Of a stretch of DNA of 64,000 nt, positions 1 through 13,416 are shown piece by piece. The notes under the pieces are model-generated. The model was not told the origin of the DNA. It worked only from the letters and a program-made list of their open reading frames with translations, and ran no database searches. The translations under genes were made by a program, and so were the position numbers. Source of the DNA: Azolla caroliniana (Eukaryota > Plantae > Polypodiophyta); the NCBI GenBank assembly GCA_043228905.1, contig JBHGNT010000012.1, positions 15,624,001-15,688,000 on the forward strand. Direction: 5' to 3'. The first letter of the stretch is position 1, and the number at the start of each line of letters is the position of its first letter.

Positions 1-998
1 CATCTTTCTTATAGTGATTTGTTTGGTGTCTGTGGGAACCCATGGGCTTTTACCGTATTTGGGGTTTTCCATGATATATCTTGTGCACCTCTATTTCATT
101 TGTTTTCTCTCGATTTTGCTTGATTCCCTATTCCGCATTCGACTCGGTCGTGGCCGAGATCTTGTTTTTCTATCAAAGTGGTATCAGAGCATATTAGAAA
201 AATGGAAGACTCATTAGGGGGTATGTTCAAGCTACCTGACTCCAACTATTCAGTGTGGAAGTTGAAGATGAGAGACATGTTGGTTGCCGGTACAGTTTGG
301 AGACAAAAGACTAGACAAGATCGTTGCATCAACATGGGAGGTAATGCACATGAAGACAACTGCATACATAAGATACTTCATCAACATGAGCCTGTATAAC
401 AACTTCAATGAAGAGAACAAGGCTCATGAACTTTGGAAGAAGATCGACATCATGTTAGAAAACAAGAATGTTGTGAATCGAGTCTCAATATTCCGAAAAA
501 TAGTGAGACTCAGGTATCAGGATAGTGCCAGTATTGCAAAACATACGAACGCCTTCCAGGGGCTAATAAACTAGACGACCTCACTCGAAGTACCTCTAAC
601 CGATGAGGTACTGGCATTGTTGTTGCTCAGATCCCTCCCGAATAGCTGGGAGACGTTGGTGGTCACACTGGGCAATGTCGGACCGGAAGGGAAAAACTTA
701 TCCCTGGCAAGAGTAAAATCGAGCTTGTTGGATGAGGAAGCTCGTTGGAAGGACAAGGAGGCAATTTCCGACCCGAAGGCCCTAGTCACGAAAAGTGACA
801 CACATAGATGGAGATGCCGAAACAAGAGTCCCCAGAACCGAGAGAAGTCGGGGACAAGGTCGAAGTCAAGGTTGAGGCCCACGTGCTTCTATTGTGGGAA
901 GCCAGGGCACTTCTAGAAGAATTGTTGGCACTTCCGAAAGGAGAAAGGGGGAGCTAACAACGCTGACTCGAAGAAGAGTTCGGATTGAAAAGGAACGT

Positions 999-2204
999 TG
1001 TTGTGAAGATTTTCGGCAATAGTGTGAAAATCACATAAAACGTACAAAATCGAGTATGAATCACATAAAACAATAATAGTGAAGATAACATTTTAAATAA
1101 GTTTAATATCCAAGTACAAAATGATGGAGGTCTTCAAGAGCTTTCGAATGCACTTTATTACACAAGAAACGGACAACTAAATGTCAAGATATGAGGGTAT
1201 AAAGTTTGTGAAAGAAAAAGAGAAAACTGTGAGATATCCCACATAGGCACGACAAATACGGCTCTCATCATATATAAGGTAGAGCAAAAGCTATTATCTT
1301 TGTGTCTATGTGTGGAGCATAGAGAGTTCAAGGTAACTTGAACTAAGAGTGGAGATGGCCTAGTTACTCGTAAAGGTTTTTGGCCAACCAAAACCGGACC
1401 GACGATGGAGCCGGTGATCCGGCGGAACTGACATCCGACGGCACACCAATGGCATCCGGCGACGGCGAGGTGACGACATCCGGCGCCGGTGAGACGACGA
1501 CATCCAGCGAGGCGACGACCACCGGTAACTGGCAACATCCGGCACTGGTGAGACGACGGCATCCGGCGAGGCGGCAGCCACCGGTAACTGGTGGCATCCG
1601 ACGCCGGCGAACTGGCGTCCCGCGACTAGATAAATAAATATATAAATATATATACATATACATATATATATATACATATACAAGGAGGGCAAGTAAGGAT
1701 TCAAACTTTGCACCTCCAAGTTAGGAGTCAATTGGCTTACCACTGAGCCATGACATTTAGTTGAATTTATATTTCTATCATTGTACTTTTACATGTAAAT
1801 TCTCATACATGAGAGCTAAAATGAGCGCCACATGTAATACATGAGCGCCAAATGGCAAACCTGCATTTTATGCATGTCTTGTACCCTCACATGCATCATA
1901 TGCATGAGAGCATCTATAAAAGAAGGGATGAAAAAGAAGAAGGGTTAGGCTCTTTTGGGTTATGAAATTAAGAAGAAGAAAATTTGTTATTGAATTGATT
2001 GTGCAACTTGTTTCTTAAATCTAAAGATAAAAGTTCAATCAATCTCTCTCAATCGAAAGTCAAGCGTTTAATCTCAACTTCTCTCTTTCCTAATCTATCT
2101 TAAATACTTCCTCACTAAAGCTTGTACCGACTTCGAATCCTTCCGGTCCAGAACCCCGACGGTTCCGCCTCACGATCCGCGCGTAGTGACGGATCTTCAC
2201 GACA
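999..2204 (+). mobile_element. Solo LTR of Trp-primed Gypsy lineage inserted in Copia A
   Basis: Termini TGTTGTGAAGAT...ATCTTCACGACA; 4-bp TSD ACGT (995-998)/ATGT (2205-2208). Reverse-complement homolog of LTRs at 14315-15534 and 15974-17110. Confidence 0.9.
1690..1756 (-). promoter_or_regulatory. tRNA-like Pol III A/B-box cassette inside LTR
   Basis: Minus strand reads TGGCTCAGTGGTAAG...GTTTGAATCC with tRNA-like A-B spacing. Confidence 0.65.
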
Positions 2205-3213
2205 ATGTTGGCAATCGCGACAAGCGAGGATGAATTGTTGTTCATAAGTGAGCAGAATTAACTAAATCTTGTTGACGATGAATCGACATGGGTAGTCGAT
2301 TTGGGTGCGTTGTTCCAACTGACCCCCGATAGAAAGTGTTTCTCATCCTACAAGGTAGGAGACCACGACCTAGTAACGATGGGAATGAAGGGGCATGTCA
2401 GATAGTCGTTGTTGGAGATGTGTGTCTAGTAACATCGACTAGGTATCGACTAGTAGTCAAGGATGTTCAACACGTTCAAGAGGTTCGATTGAACCTAATA
2501 TCAGTCGGTCGGCTAGATGACGAAGGCTACATGGGTAGCATTTGGAACGACATCATGAAGTTCTGCAAAGGGAGCCTGATTGTGGCTCAAGCCCAAAAGA
2601 CAAGCACGTTGTATTTGATGTGTGCTCGGATATGTTAGGAAGAAGCAAACTTGGCAGCCAACATTGTCGGCGAACTGTGGCACAAGAGATTATGTCACAT
2701 GAGTGAGAAGGGGACGCAGAGACTTGCCGATGATAACCTCATTCCGGAGGTGAAGAACATGCAGCTTGAGAAGTGCACTGACTGCTTGGCCGGCAAGCAA
2801 AACAAAACCTCCTTCCGAACCAAGCCCCCGACAAGGAAGAAGGCACTGCGTGAACTCATGCATAACGATGTATGCTTAGTGGACACAAAGTCACATGCCG
2901 GATTGCAGTACTTGTGACCTTCATAGATGACCACAACTGGAAGTTGTGAGTCTCCACGCCAAAGATGAAGGATCAAGTACTATCCGTCTTCAAAGAAGTT
3001 CATGCTAGAGTCGAAAGAGAAACCGTCCGGAAGCTGAAGGTAGTTCGAGCACACAATGGAGGAGAATACCGAGGACAGTTCGAACAATATTGTCCGGAGA
3101 AGGGAATCTGACTCAAATACACCATGCCGAAGACGCCAGAGCTCAACGGGCTGGCCGAGAGGATGAACTAGACCATAATGGAAAGGGTCCGAAGTATGTT
3201 AGCACATGCTAAG

Positions 3214-3498
3214 TGTGGGGTATGGCGTTTGAGATGTGTCCGGAAGTATGTAAGGACTTGTAGGCTATGTGCACAACAAACAACACAAAGAGTATGACAA
3301 AAGAAATGATGGAAATGTAGACATAGTTCGAAGCTCTAATGGAAGCTCTCATTATTCCGTTACTCTTACACTCTCAGAGACTCTAGATACAAGATTGTTG
3401 TTACAGTGTTAGGTTAGAGCTTATATACTAAGCCCTAACTATTTGGACGTGTTCACACTAAGATACAAAGTGGAAGGATTCGGCCTTTTATGCCAACT
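3214..3498. mobile_element. Short solo LTR in Copia A integrase
   Basis: Starts TGTGGGG, ends TGCCAACT; 5-bp TSD CTAAG at 3209-3213 and 3499-3503. The integrase sequence resumes after it, as seen by comparison with Copia B at ~10845. Confidence 0.8.
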
Positions 3499-5551
3499 CT
3501 AAGTTGTCCAAGATGTTTTGAATTGAGGTGTTGATGACAACAATGTACCTGATTAATAGATTACCCTCGGCATCCTTGGACGGAGATGTTCCACAAAGGG
3601 TTTGAATCGGCAAAGACGTGTCATACTGACACCTGAAGGTGTTCGCCTGTCTTGCCTACATGCATGTGGCTAAGGATCAAAGGAGAAAATTGGATCCAAA
3701 ATCTCAGCCATGCATATTTCTCGGCTATGGAGATGACAAATTCAGCTACCGACTATGGGACTTAGTCGACAAGAAGGTCATTCGGAGTTGAGACATAGTC
3801 TTCATGGAGGAGAAGACTATTGTCAACTAGGAGTTAGAGAAGATCACATCCTCCCGAATAGTCGGAATCCGACGGCCGACCGAAGAACATGGAGATTGAC
3901 CGAATTCGGGACGACAATCAGAAATCAAAAGCCAGTTGGGGTCTGATTTGGAGAAGGTGTCGGATCGGTTGGAGGCCAGTCGGGTGTCAGAGAACTTCGA
4001 GGAAGCGAAGAAAGACACCCACACCTGCAAGTGGTTAAGTGTCATGTAGGACGAGATGGATTCCTTGCATGAGAGCCACACATATGAATTGATGGAGCTG
4101 CCCAAAGGAAAGAGGGCGCTCCGAAACAAGTGGGTATACAAGTTGAAACTGGGAGATGTCGGAAACCCACCGAGGTACAAAGCCCGCATTGTGGTAAAGG
4201 GTTTCCAACAGAAGAAAGGAGTCGATTTCGACGAAATATTTGCCCCGGTGGTAAAAATGACCTCCATCCGAACAATGCTGAGGATAGCAGCCAACATGGA
4301 TCTAGAAGTCGAACAGATGGATGTCAAGATGACCTTTCTGCATGGAGATTTAGAGGAAGAAATCTATATCCAGCAACCAAAAGGTTTCATCAAGAAGGGA
4401 AAGGAAAATTTGGTGTGTCGGTTGAGGAAGAGCCTTTATGGATTGAAGCAGGCTCCCCAACAATGGTACCAGAAGTTCGAATCCTTCACGATCGACCAAG
4501 GGTACCACAAAACACAGACTGCCCATTGTGTGTTTGTGAAGAAGTTCAACGGAGGAGATTGTCTTGTTCTCCTACTATATGTGGACGACAAGCTAATTGT
4601 CGGACGGAGCCAAGTGAAGATTCGAATGCTGAAGAAGGCCTTGAGCACGCCATTCTCAATGAAAGACATGGTTCCGACAAAACAAATCTTGGGGATGCAC
4701 ATAGTCCGGGATCAAACAAAGAAGATGTTATGTCTGTCATAGGAAAAATACGTGACAAAGATGCTCCAACGATTTGGCATGGAAAGCGCGAAACTGGTTG
4801 GTACGACACTCCTGAAAAATAGCAAGCTATTGTCGACATAGTGTCCGAAGACGAAGATGGAGAAAGCTGAGATTATGAAGGTACCATATGCCTCAACAAT
4901 CAGAAGCTTAATGTACGTGATGACATGTACCAGGCCGGACATTGGATATGTTGTTGGAGTCTTTAGCCAATACATGAGCAACCCTGGAAGAGAGCATTGG
5001 GCTACAGTCAAATGGATACTTCGGTACCTAAAAGGCGCCTCGAGCATATGTCTCCGATTCAATTTAGGTAACCTTATGTTAGAAGGCTTTACCGACTCGG
5101 ACATGTTGACTGATGTAGATACCAGTCGATCCACGCCTGGGTATGTGATGACTTGTGCAAGGGGAGCCATCTCATGACAATCAAGGTTGCAGAAGGCAGT
5201 CGCATTGTCGACCGCGGAAACCGAGTACATGACAGTTGTCGAAGCCGGCAAGGAACAGATATGGATGAAGGAGTTTGTCAGAGAGTTAGGAATTCGACAA
5301 GGTGAATTCCGACTCTACTGCATCAACCAAAGTTCCATCCACCTTGCTAAGAATGCGGCCTACCACTCAAGGACCAAACATATTCAAAGATGATACCATT
5401 GGCTCCGAGAGTAGGTAGAAGATAGAGAGTTTGCTTTGACAAAGATCCACACATCGGAAAACGAATCTAACATGCTGACAAAGGTATTGTCAGCATAAAG
5501 GCTAGGAGCATGTCGGATTGGTAAAGCCACATCCGAAGTGAAGGGGGAGTT

Positions 5552-6107
5552 TGTTGGGAATTAGGTCCCTTTCGGATGGGCCGAATTCAGAAGAAAAGGA
5601 AAATGTAAATAGGTTTGAGTCAAGCCTTCTCAGGCCAACCATGTAAATAACCCGAAAGTTATCTAAGTATAAAGATAACTAGGGCAAACAATAGTTGGGG
5701 TTAGAGTTAGTGAGAATTGTCTTGTTGAGTGCAATAGAGTGTAACTGAATATTGCGCATGCAAGGTCGTTGCCTCCATAGCCAGAACAGACAAAGTGTGT
5801 GTGTGTGTGAGAGAGAGAGACACACACACACACACACACACACACTAAGAGTGCCTCTATTGTAACCACCAGTCCGCGAAGTGAACGAACTCAGGTCGGT
5901 GCCTGTGTGAGTGTGTATTTGGGTTGTTGTACATCTTTCTTATAGCGATTTGTTTGGTGTCTGCGGACACCCGTGGTTTTTTACCCTATTTGGAGTTTTC
6001 CACGATATATCCTGTGCAACTCTATGTCGTTTGTTTTCTCTCGATTCTGCTTGATTCCCTATTCCGCATTTTGACTCGGTTGTGGCCGAGATCCTGTTTT
6101 TCTATCA
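5552..6107 (+). repeat. 3' LTR of Copia A
   Basis: TG...CA termini; 3' part matches 1-175; contains (TG)n(AG)n(AC)n microsatellite. Confidence 0.92.
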
Positions 6108-6488
6108 TGTCCGAGCCAAACCTTTTGACATGATCCTCATGGAGAAATCTTCGTGTCAGATAGTCAAACAAGGATTGGGACAAAATAGTGAAATAAAATT
6201 ATAATTAAGATTTTGTGAGCCATAGTAAATTTAAGAGAGTGAAAGTACAACAAGAAAGTTCGCGGCTCCGTTACATGGAGTGAACAAGTGATAGATGAAG
6301 GTTAGGATAAAATAGGAGTAAACAGAGAGGATAGGATCATGAGTAGAGGTCAAGGGGGATATCCTCAAGTTTCGATATGATGTTTCAACTAATGTCGGCC
6401 ACGTTGCCTTTTGTCGTCATTGATCTCGCACACTCTCTTGATCTGCAACCCTAGCTTTTTCTCTTGGATTTCCACAACGCTTCTGCGT

Positions 6489-7058
6489 CTCTAACTTCCT
6501 CCCCCCCCAAAGAATGAACCCTCTCCCCCTTTTTACAGGATTAGAGAGGCTCTCTCCTAAAATAAAAAAGTGGGTGTTTTTATTTTTGCATGCACCACAT
6601 TTCTTTTTTTACTTGCATGCTCTACCTTTGCTTTGGGCACCCTTGCTTTCTCTCTTTAGATTTTTGTAGCGCTTTTTCGTCTCTAACTCCAACCCCCCCC
6701 CTGGCCCCAAAATAGTAAACCTCGCCCTCCTTTTATAGGATTCGAGAGACTCTCTCCCAAAATAAAAAGTGGGTGTTTTATTTTTGCATGTACCACACTT
6801 GTTATTTTACTGGCATGCTTTGGGCACCCTTGCTTTCTCTCGTTAGAATTTTGTTGTGATTCTGCATCTCTAACTTCCTCCCCCCCAAACAATGAACCCT
6901 CTCCCCCTTTTTACAGGATTAGAGAGGCTCTCTCCTAAAATAAAAAAGTGGGTGTTTTTATTTTTGCATGCACAACACTTGTTTTTTTACTTGCATGCTC
7001 TACCTTTGCTTTGGACACCCTCACTTTCTCTCTTTAGATTTTTGTAGCGCTTTTGCGT
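6489..7058. repeat. Tandem repeat, ~190-bp unit x3
   Basis: Unit CTCTAACT..CCCCCC...AGGATT.GAGAG.CTCTCTCC.AAAATAAAAA.GTGGGTGTTTT restarts at ~6489, ~6680 and ~6868. Confidence 0.85.
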
Positions 7059-7130
7059 GATTAGAGTTATTCACTAGGTTGAAAAGAGTGTAGAGTTTGA
7101 ATATCTAACAACCCAATGTGAATTAAAGAC

Positions 7131-7653
7131 TGTAAAGAATTGGGGTGATTCTGTGTAGCGGAAGGTGTATGTATGTGTGTGTGTGTATGTGTGAGAGAGA
7201 GATAACATGTGTTATACAGAAAATAGTAAAATTGTATGAACAAGAGGAACAATAGCCAACAACAGTTACAAAGAGGAGGAGAAGGTGCTTATGTAGTCAC
7301 CTTCTCTCTATGTTCTCTCACTACAACCACCACTTGGAAAAGAGGTGGAGACTTAACTACCTACTAAATATGTATCATAGGACTTAACTTCTATGACACT
7401 TAGTTTATAATACAAGGAGGTGGGATGTTCACACACTTGGGTATTCCTAAAGTGTGTTCCCACACCAGGGAAGTTGAGTTTGATTCTCAACACACCCCTT
7501 CAAACGTAACTTCTAGTCGCCGAATAGTTGGTTCGGACTGGTCTTCGGGTCGGCTAGCCCCTGTATTTGTTTTGGTCTGACTTCGTGTCAGACGACTCCT
7601 TATCTATACTCCCCCGCAAGCTCAACTGGTTGATGGTCGAAAGACCTAGGTTC
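7131..7653 (-). mobile_element. 3' LTR (7131-7492), PPT and 3' internal remnant of a minus-strand Copia
   Basis: TGTAAAGAAT...GATTCTCAACA followed by CACCCCTTCAAAC (PPT on minus). Termini resemble LTR 44246-44885. Confidence 0.75.
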
Positions 7654-8854
7654 TGTTGGGAAACATGTCCCTCTGGATGGGAAGAGAAGTACCATGTTGG
7701 TGAGTATCTCGGCCGAGGCCGAAATAGTTTCGGAAGACTATAATTGTAAATAATCTAAAATGCCTCATGGGGGCTATACTTGTAAATAGCTAGAAAGTTG
7801 CTTTATAGTAAGAGTTGTTGATCATTATTGAAAAGTTAGAACGAGGTAGTTGCCTTTGTAACCGTGAGTGAGAGAGTGAGAGTGTAACTCTGTAGTCGTC
7901 TGTTAGACGAAGGAGATCTTGAGGATGTTGCCTCCGAGTTCTGTATTTGTACTTCCTCTCTACTATAGTGATATGTTTTCTCGGGTTTTGTGGACCCCTG
8001 TGGTTTTTCCCATTTCAGGTTTTCCACATAAAATATCGGTGTCTCAGTGCCTTCACTTTTTCCTATATGTGTACTAGTTCTTGGTTTCTACACACGAATA
8101 CGAATGTGAAAACGGTTGTGGCCGATCGATTCCTAACAAAGTGGTATCAGAGCTATGGAAGATTTGTTCGGCGGCATATTTAAGCTAACTGGCTCCAACT
8201 ATTCAGTGTGGAAGTCGAAGATGAGAGACATGCTCGTGTACAAAGACCTCTGGCTGCCAGTGTAATTTAGAGATAAAAGACCAGACAAGATTGATGCAAC
8301 GATGTGGGAAGTATTGCATCTGAAGGACGCCACATACATAAGGTGTTTTATAGACATGAGTCTATACAACAACTTCGGCGAAGAAATAGAAACAGACATC
8401 CTATGGAAGAAGATCGACGTCATGTTCGAAAACAAGAACATCGTGAACCGAGTCTCAGTATTTCGAAAAATCGTGAGGCTTCGGTATTAGGATGGCTCCA
8501 GTATGGCGGTGCACATCAATGCCTTCCAAGGATTGATGAACCAAACCACATCTCTAGAAGTACCTCTGGCCGACGAAGTATTAGCATTATTGTTGCTGGG
8601 ATCCCTTCCGGATAGCTGGGAGACGCTTGTTGTCACTTTGGGAAACACCAGGTCGGAAGGGAAACATCTATCCCTAGAGCAGGTGAAATCGAGCTTGCTG
8701 AATGAAGACGCTCACCGGAAGGACCGTGAGACCAATACCGACCAGGAGGCTTTAGTCACGGAAAGTGACACGATTCGGGGAAGAGGCCGAAATCGAAGTT
8801 CATAGAACCGAGATAAGTCGGGGACTAGGTCGAAGTTGAGGGGGAGACCCACGT

Positions 8855-9726
8855 TGTCGGGGTAGTTGTGGTTCGTGCAGCGAAGTCGTGGGGACTAAGG
8901 TTAAAAGGAGTTGGCTATATATTTTATAAGGCTTGTGCAACAATGTTAGAAAGATTAAGGATAGGAAGAACAAGAGTTAGAAGTAATGTGCGAGAGAGAG
9001 ACGAGCATAGACAAGAGACAGAGACAATGTATCATTGAAGAATTGAAATGGTATGATAAGAACAAACTTTATATTAAAAATACAAGATTTTACCAACTGT
9101 ACAATGTTGATACAAGATACGACTTTTCTTCCTTAAACTCTAGATTCGAAATCTTGACTCCGATTTTGAAACACGAGGCTCCTCACCAAATGAACTAACT
9201 TCTTTGATTGATGAATTCTTTGATTTCTTACTTCAAAACACGAGCCTCTTCCCAAAGACCTAACTTGTTTGTTTAATTATCTTATTTTCTAAGTTTCTCT
9301 TCCTTACTTTCCTTCCCCCTCTTTATATAGTTGTTCTCATGCAAATGATAATGTGTGGGTGCATAACATGCATGTGATGCATGATAGCCATCATGCTCAT
9401 CTAAGCTCCCATGTATGAAAATATATATGGGATAACTATAATGATGGACATAAAAATTTAAAATAAATAACCTAGCTTAGTGGTGTAGGCTTTGTGCTTG
9501 GTATACAAGGTTGAGGGTTCAAATCCCTCAATTTTACTTAATACAATATTTAGGTTTATTCTTATATAGTGAAGCATTCTTGAGAACATTTTTAAAAACA
9601 AATAGCCTAGCTTAGTGGTATATACATTGTGCTTGGTTTATAAGGTTGTGGGTTCAAGTGTTTGAAATATTATTAAATACAACATTTAAGTTTATTTTTA
9701 TATCGTGAAGCAAATCCTTCACGACA
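8855..9726 (-). mobile_element. Solo LTR inserted in Copia B gag
   Basis: TGTCGG...CTTCACGACA; perfect 4-bp TSD ACGT (8851-8854, 9727-9730). The host resumes at the CFYCGKPG zinc knuckle. Orientation inferred from CTATATAAAG on minus ~9320. Confidence 0.88.
9468..9660 (+). promoter_or_regulatory. Two tandem tRNA-like A/B-box cassettes inside solo LTR
   Basis: TAGCTTAGTGG...GGTTCAAATCC (9473-9527) and TAGCTTAGTGG...GGTTCAAG (9608-9658). Confidence 0.65.
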
Positions 9727-12700
9727 ACGTGCTTCTATTGTGGGAAGCCAGGGAACTTCCAGAAAAATTGTCGACACTTTCAAAAGGAGAAAGGGGGAGC
9801 TGATGGTGTAGAGCTGAAGAAAATCCCGGACAGAAAGAACACCTTAGCAATTGCTGTGAGTAAGGAGGAGTTGTTGCTCATCAATGAGCAAAAAGAAGTG
9901 AATCTCGCTAGCGAAGAATTGATATGGGTGGTCGATTCGTGTGCGTTGTTCCACCTAACCCCTGACCAAAAGTAATTCTCATCCTATAGAGCCGGAGATC
10001 TCGGATCCGTTAAGATGGGAAATGAAGGAGCATGTTGAATCGTCGACATTGGAGATGTGTGTTTGGAAACCTCAACCGGGTGGGTGCAAACTCATGTTGA
10101 GAGATGTACGACACGTTCCTGAGGTTCGATTGAACCTAATATCAGCCGGTAGGCTAGATGATGAATGCTACACGGGTAGCATCTGAAACAGTGTCATGAA
10201 GTTCTGCCGAGGAAGTCTGATCATGGCTTGAGCTCGGAAGGCCAACACACTATACATAATGAATGCTCGAATATGCTGAGGGGAAGCAAACATGGCAGTC
10301 GACACGATCGGTGAACTATGGCACAAGAGGTTGTGCCATATGAGCTAGAAGGGGATGCGAAAGCTTTCTGAGGACAACCTCGTTCCTGAGGTGAAGAATG
10401 TGCAACTTGAGAAGTGCACAGATTTCTTGGCCAGTAAGTAGAATCGAACATCCTTCCGAACGAGGCCCCCGATGAGAAAGAAAATGCCATTGGAACTCAT
10501 GCATACAGACGTATGCTATGTGGACACGAAGTCGCATGGTGGTTCACAGTATTTCGTGACCTTCATTGACGATTGTAGCAGGAAGTTGTGGGCTTCCGTG
10601 CTAAAGTCGAAGGATCAAGTGTTATCTATCTTCAAAGAGTTCTAAGCGAGGACCGAGAGAGAAACCAGCCGAAAACTGAAGGCAGTCCGAGCGGACAATG
10701 GCGGAGAGTACCGTGGACCGTTTGCGGAATATTGCCGATCAAGGAATCCGGCTTGAGTATACCATGCCGAAGATGCTAGAGCTTAATGGGCTGGCTGAGA
10801 GAATGAACCAGACCGTAATGGAAAGGGTCCGAAGTATGCTTGCACATGCTAAGTTACCGAAGAAATTCTAGGCTGAGGCACTCATGACGGCAACGTATGT
10901 GATAAAATGATCACCCTCACTACCCTTAGATGGTGATATTCCACAAAGGGTGAGGAGTGGCAAAGAGGTATCATACTGACATTTGAGGGTATTCGGTTGT
11001 CTTGCTTATGTACATGTGGCAAAGGACTAGAGGGGGAAGTTGGACCCGAAATCTCGGCCATGCATATTTCTCGGCTACGACAATGATGAATTTGGCTATC
11101 GGCTATGGGACTTAGTCGAGAAGAAAGTGATTAGGAGCCACAACATTGTCTTCATGGAGGAAAAGACAATAGTTGATTGGGAGATTGAGAATAAGTCTCC
11201 AACTATCGAATCGAGTAGAAGCCGAATCAATCGAAGTCAAATTTGAGCTAGTCAACTGAGTTAATACTCGGAAAAATCGAGAACCAACTGAAGAGTGAGG
11301 GGAAACGGCCGAACAAGGAACCAAATTCGAATCACCCGAAGAAGTCGAAGAAGAACAGACCGTGCTGAATGGAGGCCGTAGATACCCCATAAGAGAAAGG
11401 GGCCCCCCCCGAAGATTTCCGGATGAAGAGCATGTGCTGCTAACTGATGAGGGGAAGCCGGAAAGATTTGAAGAAGCCAAAGAAGATACCCACAACCAAA
11501 AGTGGTTGAGTGCCATGCAATAGGAGATGGATTCTTTGCATCAGAATCACGCATATGAATTGACCGAACTGTCGAGAGGAAAGAAGGCACTTCGGAATAA
11601 ATGGGTATACAAGTTGAAATCGGGAGGGGGTGGGAATCCACCCACATACAAAGCACGAATCATCATGAAAGGTTTTCAACATAAGAAGAGTGTCGATTTT
11701 GACGAAATATTTTCCTCGGTCATAAAGATGACGTCAATCTGAACCGTGTTGAGCATCGCGGCCAACATGGATCTCGATGTCGAGCAATTGGATGTCAAGA
11801 CGACGTTTCTACACGGTGATCTCAAAGAGATCTATATGCACCAGCTGGAAGGATTTGTCGAGAAAGGTAAAGAGAACCTGGTATGGCGATTAAGGAAGAG
11901 CTTGTATGGGTTGAAGCACGCACCTCGGTAATGGTACTGAAAATTCGAATCCTTCATGACCGACAACAGGTACCACAAAACGCAGGCTGATCACTGCATA
12001 TTTGTGAAGAAATTCGACGGAGGAGATTTCCTCATCCTTCTGTTGTACGTGGACGACATGCTGATTGTCGGACGAGACCATACGAAGATCCAAGTGCTGA
12101 AGAAGGGCTTGAGCAGATCGTTTTCAATGAAGGATATGGGTCCAACAAAGCAAATCCTAGGGATGCACATTGTTCAAGATTGAACAAAGAAATTGTTGTG
12201 GCTGTCACAAGAAAAATACGTGACAAAGGTGCTCCAAAGATTCGGCATGGAAAACGCGAAACCGGTCGGCTCGACACTACCGACAAACTACAAGCTAAGC
12301 AAAGAACAATGTCCGAAATCGAAAACCGAGAAGGCCGAGATGTCAAAGGTTCCTTATGCCTCGATAGTTAGAAGCCTAATGTATGCGATGGTATGTACCA
12401 GGTCGGACATAGGATATGTAGTCGGTGTGGTTAGCCGATATATGAGCAACCCCGGATGAGAGCATTGGAATGACGTGAAGTGGATACTTCGGTACCTAAA
12501 AGGCATCTTGAACGTGTGTCTCAGTTTCGGTTCAGGTAACCCCACAATGGAAGGTTATACTGACTCCGACATGTCGGCTGATGTGGATACCAGTCAATCC
12601 ACGTCCGAGTATGTAATGACTTATGCAGGGGAGCTGTTTCATGGCAGTCGAGGCTGCAGAAGGCCGTGGCGTTGTCGACAACGAAAGCCGAATATATGGC

Positions 12701-13416
12701 CGCAGCGGAAGCCGACAAGGAAATCATATGGATGAAGGAGTTTATCAGTGAGCTGGGAGTTCAGCAAGAGCAATTCCAACTCCATTGTGATAACCAGAGT
12801 GTCATCCACCTTGTGAAAAATGCCGCCTACCACTCAAGGACCAAACACATCCAGAGAAGATATTATTGGCTCCGAGAGAGAGTAAAAGAAAAGAAGTTTG
12901 CTCTAGTGAAGATCCACATAGCCGAAAAAGGATCGGATATGCTGTCGAAGGTGCTATCAGCCGAAAAGCTAAACATGTGCCGACCGAGAGTCAGTTTGGT
13001 GAAGTACCCCATGCCGGAGTGAAGGGGGAGTTTGTTGGGAAACATGTCCCTCCATATGGGAAGAGAAGTACCGTGTTAGTGAGTATCTCGGCCGAGGTCG
13101 AAATCAAAATCGAAAACCGAAATTGTTTCGGAAGACTATAATTGTAAATAATCTAAAATGCCTCCTAGGGGCTATACTTGTAAATAGCTAGAAAGTTGCT
13201 TTGATTTATAAGCAACTAGGGCAAACTTTATAGTAAGAGTTGTTTATCATTATTGAAAAGTTAGAATGAGGTAGTTGCCTCTGTAACCATGAGTAAGAGA
13301 GTGAGAGTGTAACTCTATAGTCGTCTGTCAGACGAAGGAGAACTCGAGGTCGTTGCCTTCGAGTTCCGTATTTGTACTTCCTCTCTACTATAGCGATCTA
13401 TTTTCTCGGGGTTTGT

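Larger units (their letters stand above)
202..5540 (+). pseudogene. Disrupted Copia gag-pol of element A
   Basis: ORF fragments 284-574, 617-916, 2336-2917, 4056-4742 and 4857-5393 follow Copia order gag-PR-INT-RT-RH. Interrupted by stops, frameshifts and two solo LTRs. Confidence 0.92.
1..6107 (+). mobile_element. Ty1/Copia LTR retrotransposon A (degenerate; 5' LTR cut by window edge)
   Basis: 5' LTR ends ...TCTATCA at 175; PBS TGGTATCAGAGC (tRNA-iMet) 179-190. Gag (LLLRSLPNSWETLV, CFYCGKPGH), GAG-pre-integrase (LWHKRLCHMSEKG), RT (YKARIVVKGFQQ, LLLYVDD) and RNase H (HSRTKHI) are present with many stops. PPT GAAGGGGGAG ~5540; 3' LTR 5552-6107. Confidence 0.95.
7654..13416 (+). mobile_element. 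Ty1/Copia LTR retrotransposon B (close relative of A; 3' LTR truncated)
   Basis: 5' LTR 7654-8138; PBS TGGTATCAGAGC 8142-8153; gag from 8155; INT ~10500-11200; RT 11527-12460 (LLLYVDD); RH 12666-13022; PPT 13021-13030; 3' LTR from 13033, broken at ~13416. Confidence 0.95.

Noticed and set aside
1158-1743. Overlapping Arg/Ala/Gly-rich ORFs (also 14956-15222, 16566-16890, 34166-34543)
   Set aside because: They arise from GC-rich repeats within LTRs and have no recognisable domains.
7131-7492. Partner 3' LTR of Copia C (44246-44885)
   Set aside because: Only the termini are similar. Interiors differ and the flanks (AAGAC vs GTATT) are not a TSD.
11443-11465. Hammerhead ribozyme core (CTGATGA...GAAA)
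   Set aside because: It lies in Copia pol coding sequence and the required flanking helices are not evident.
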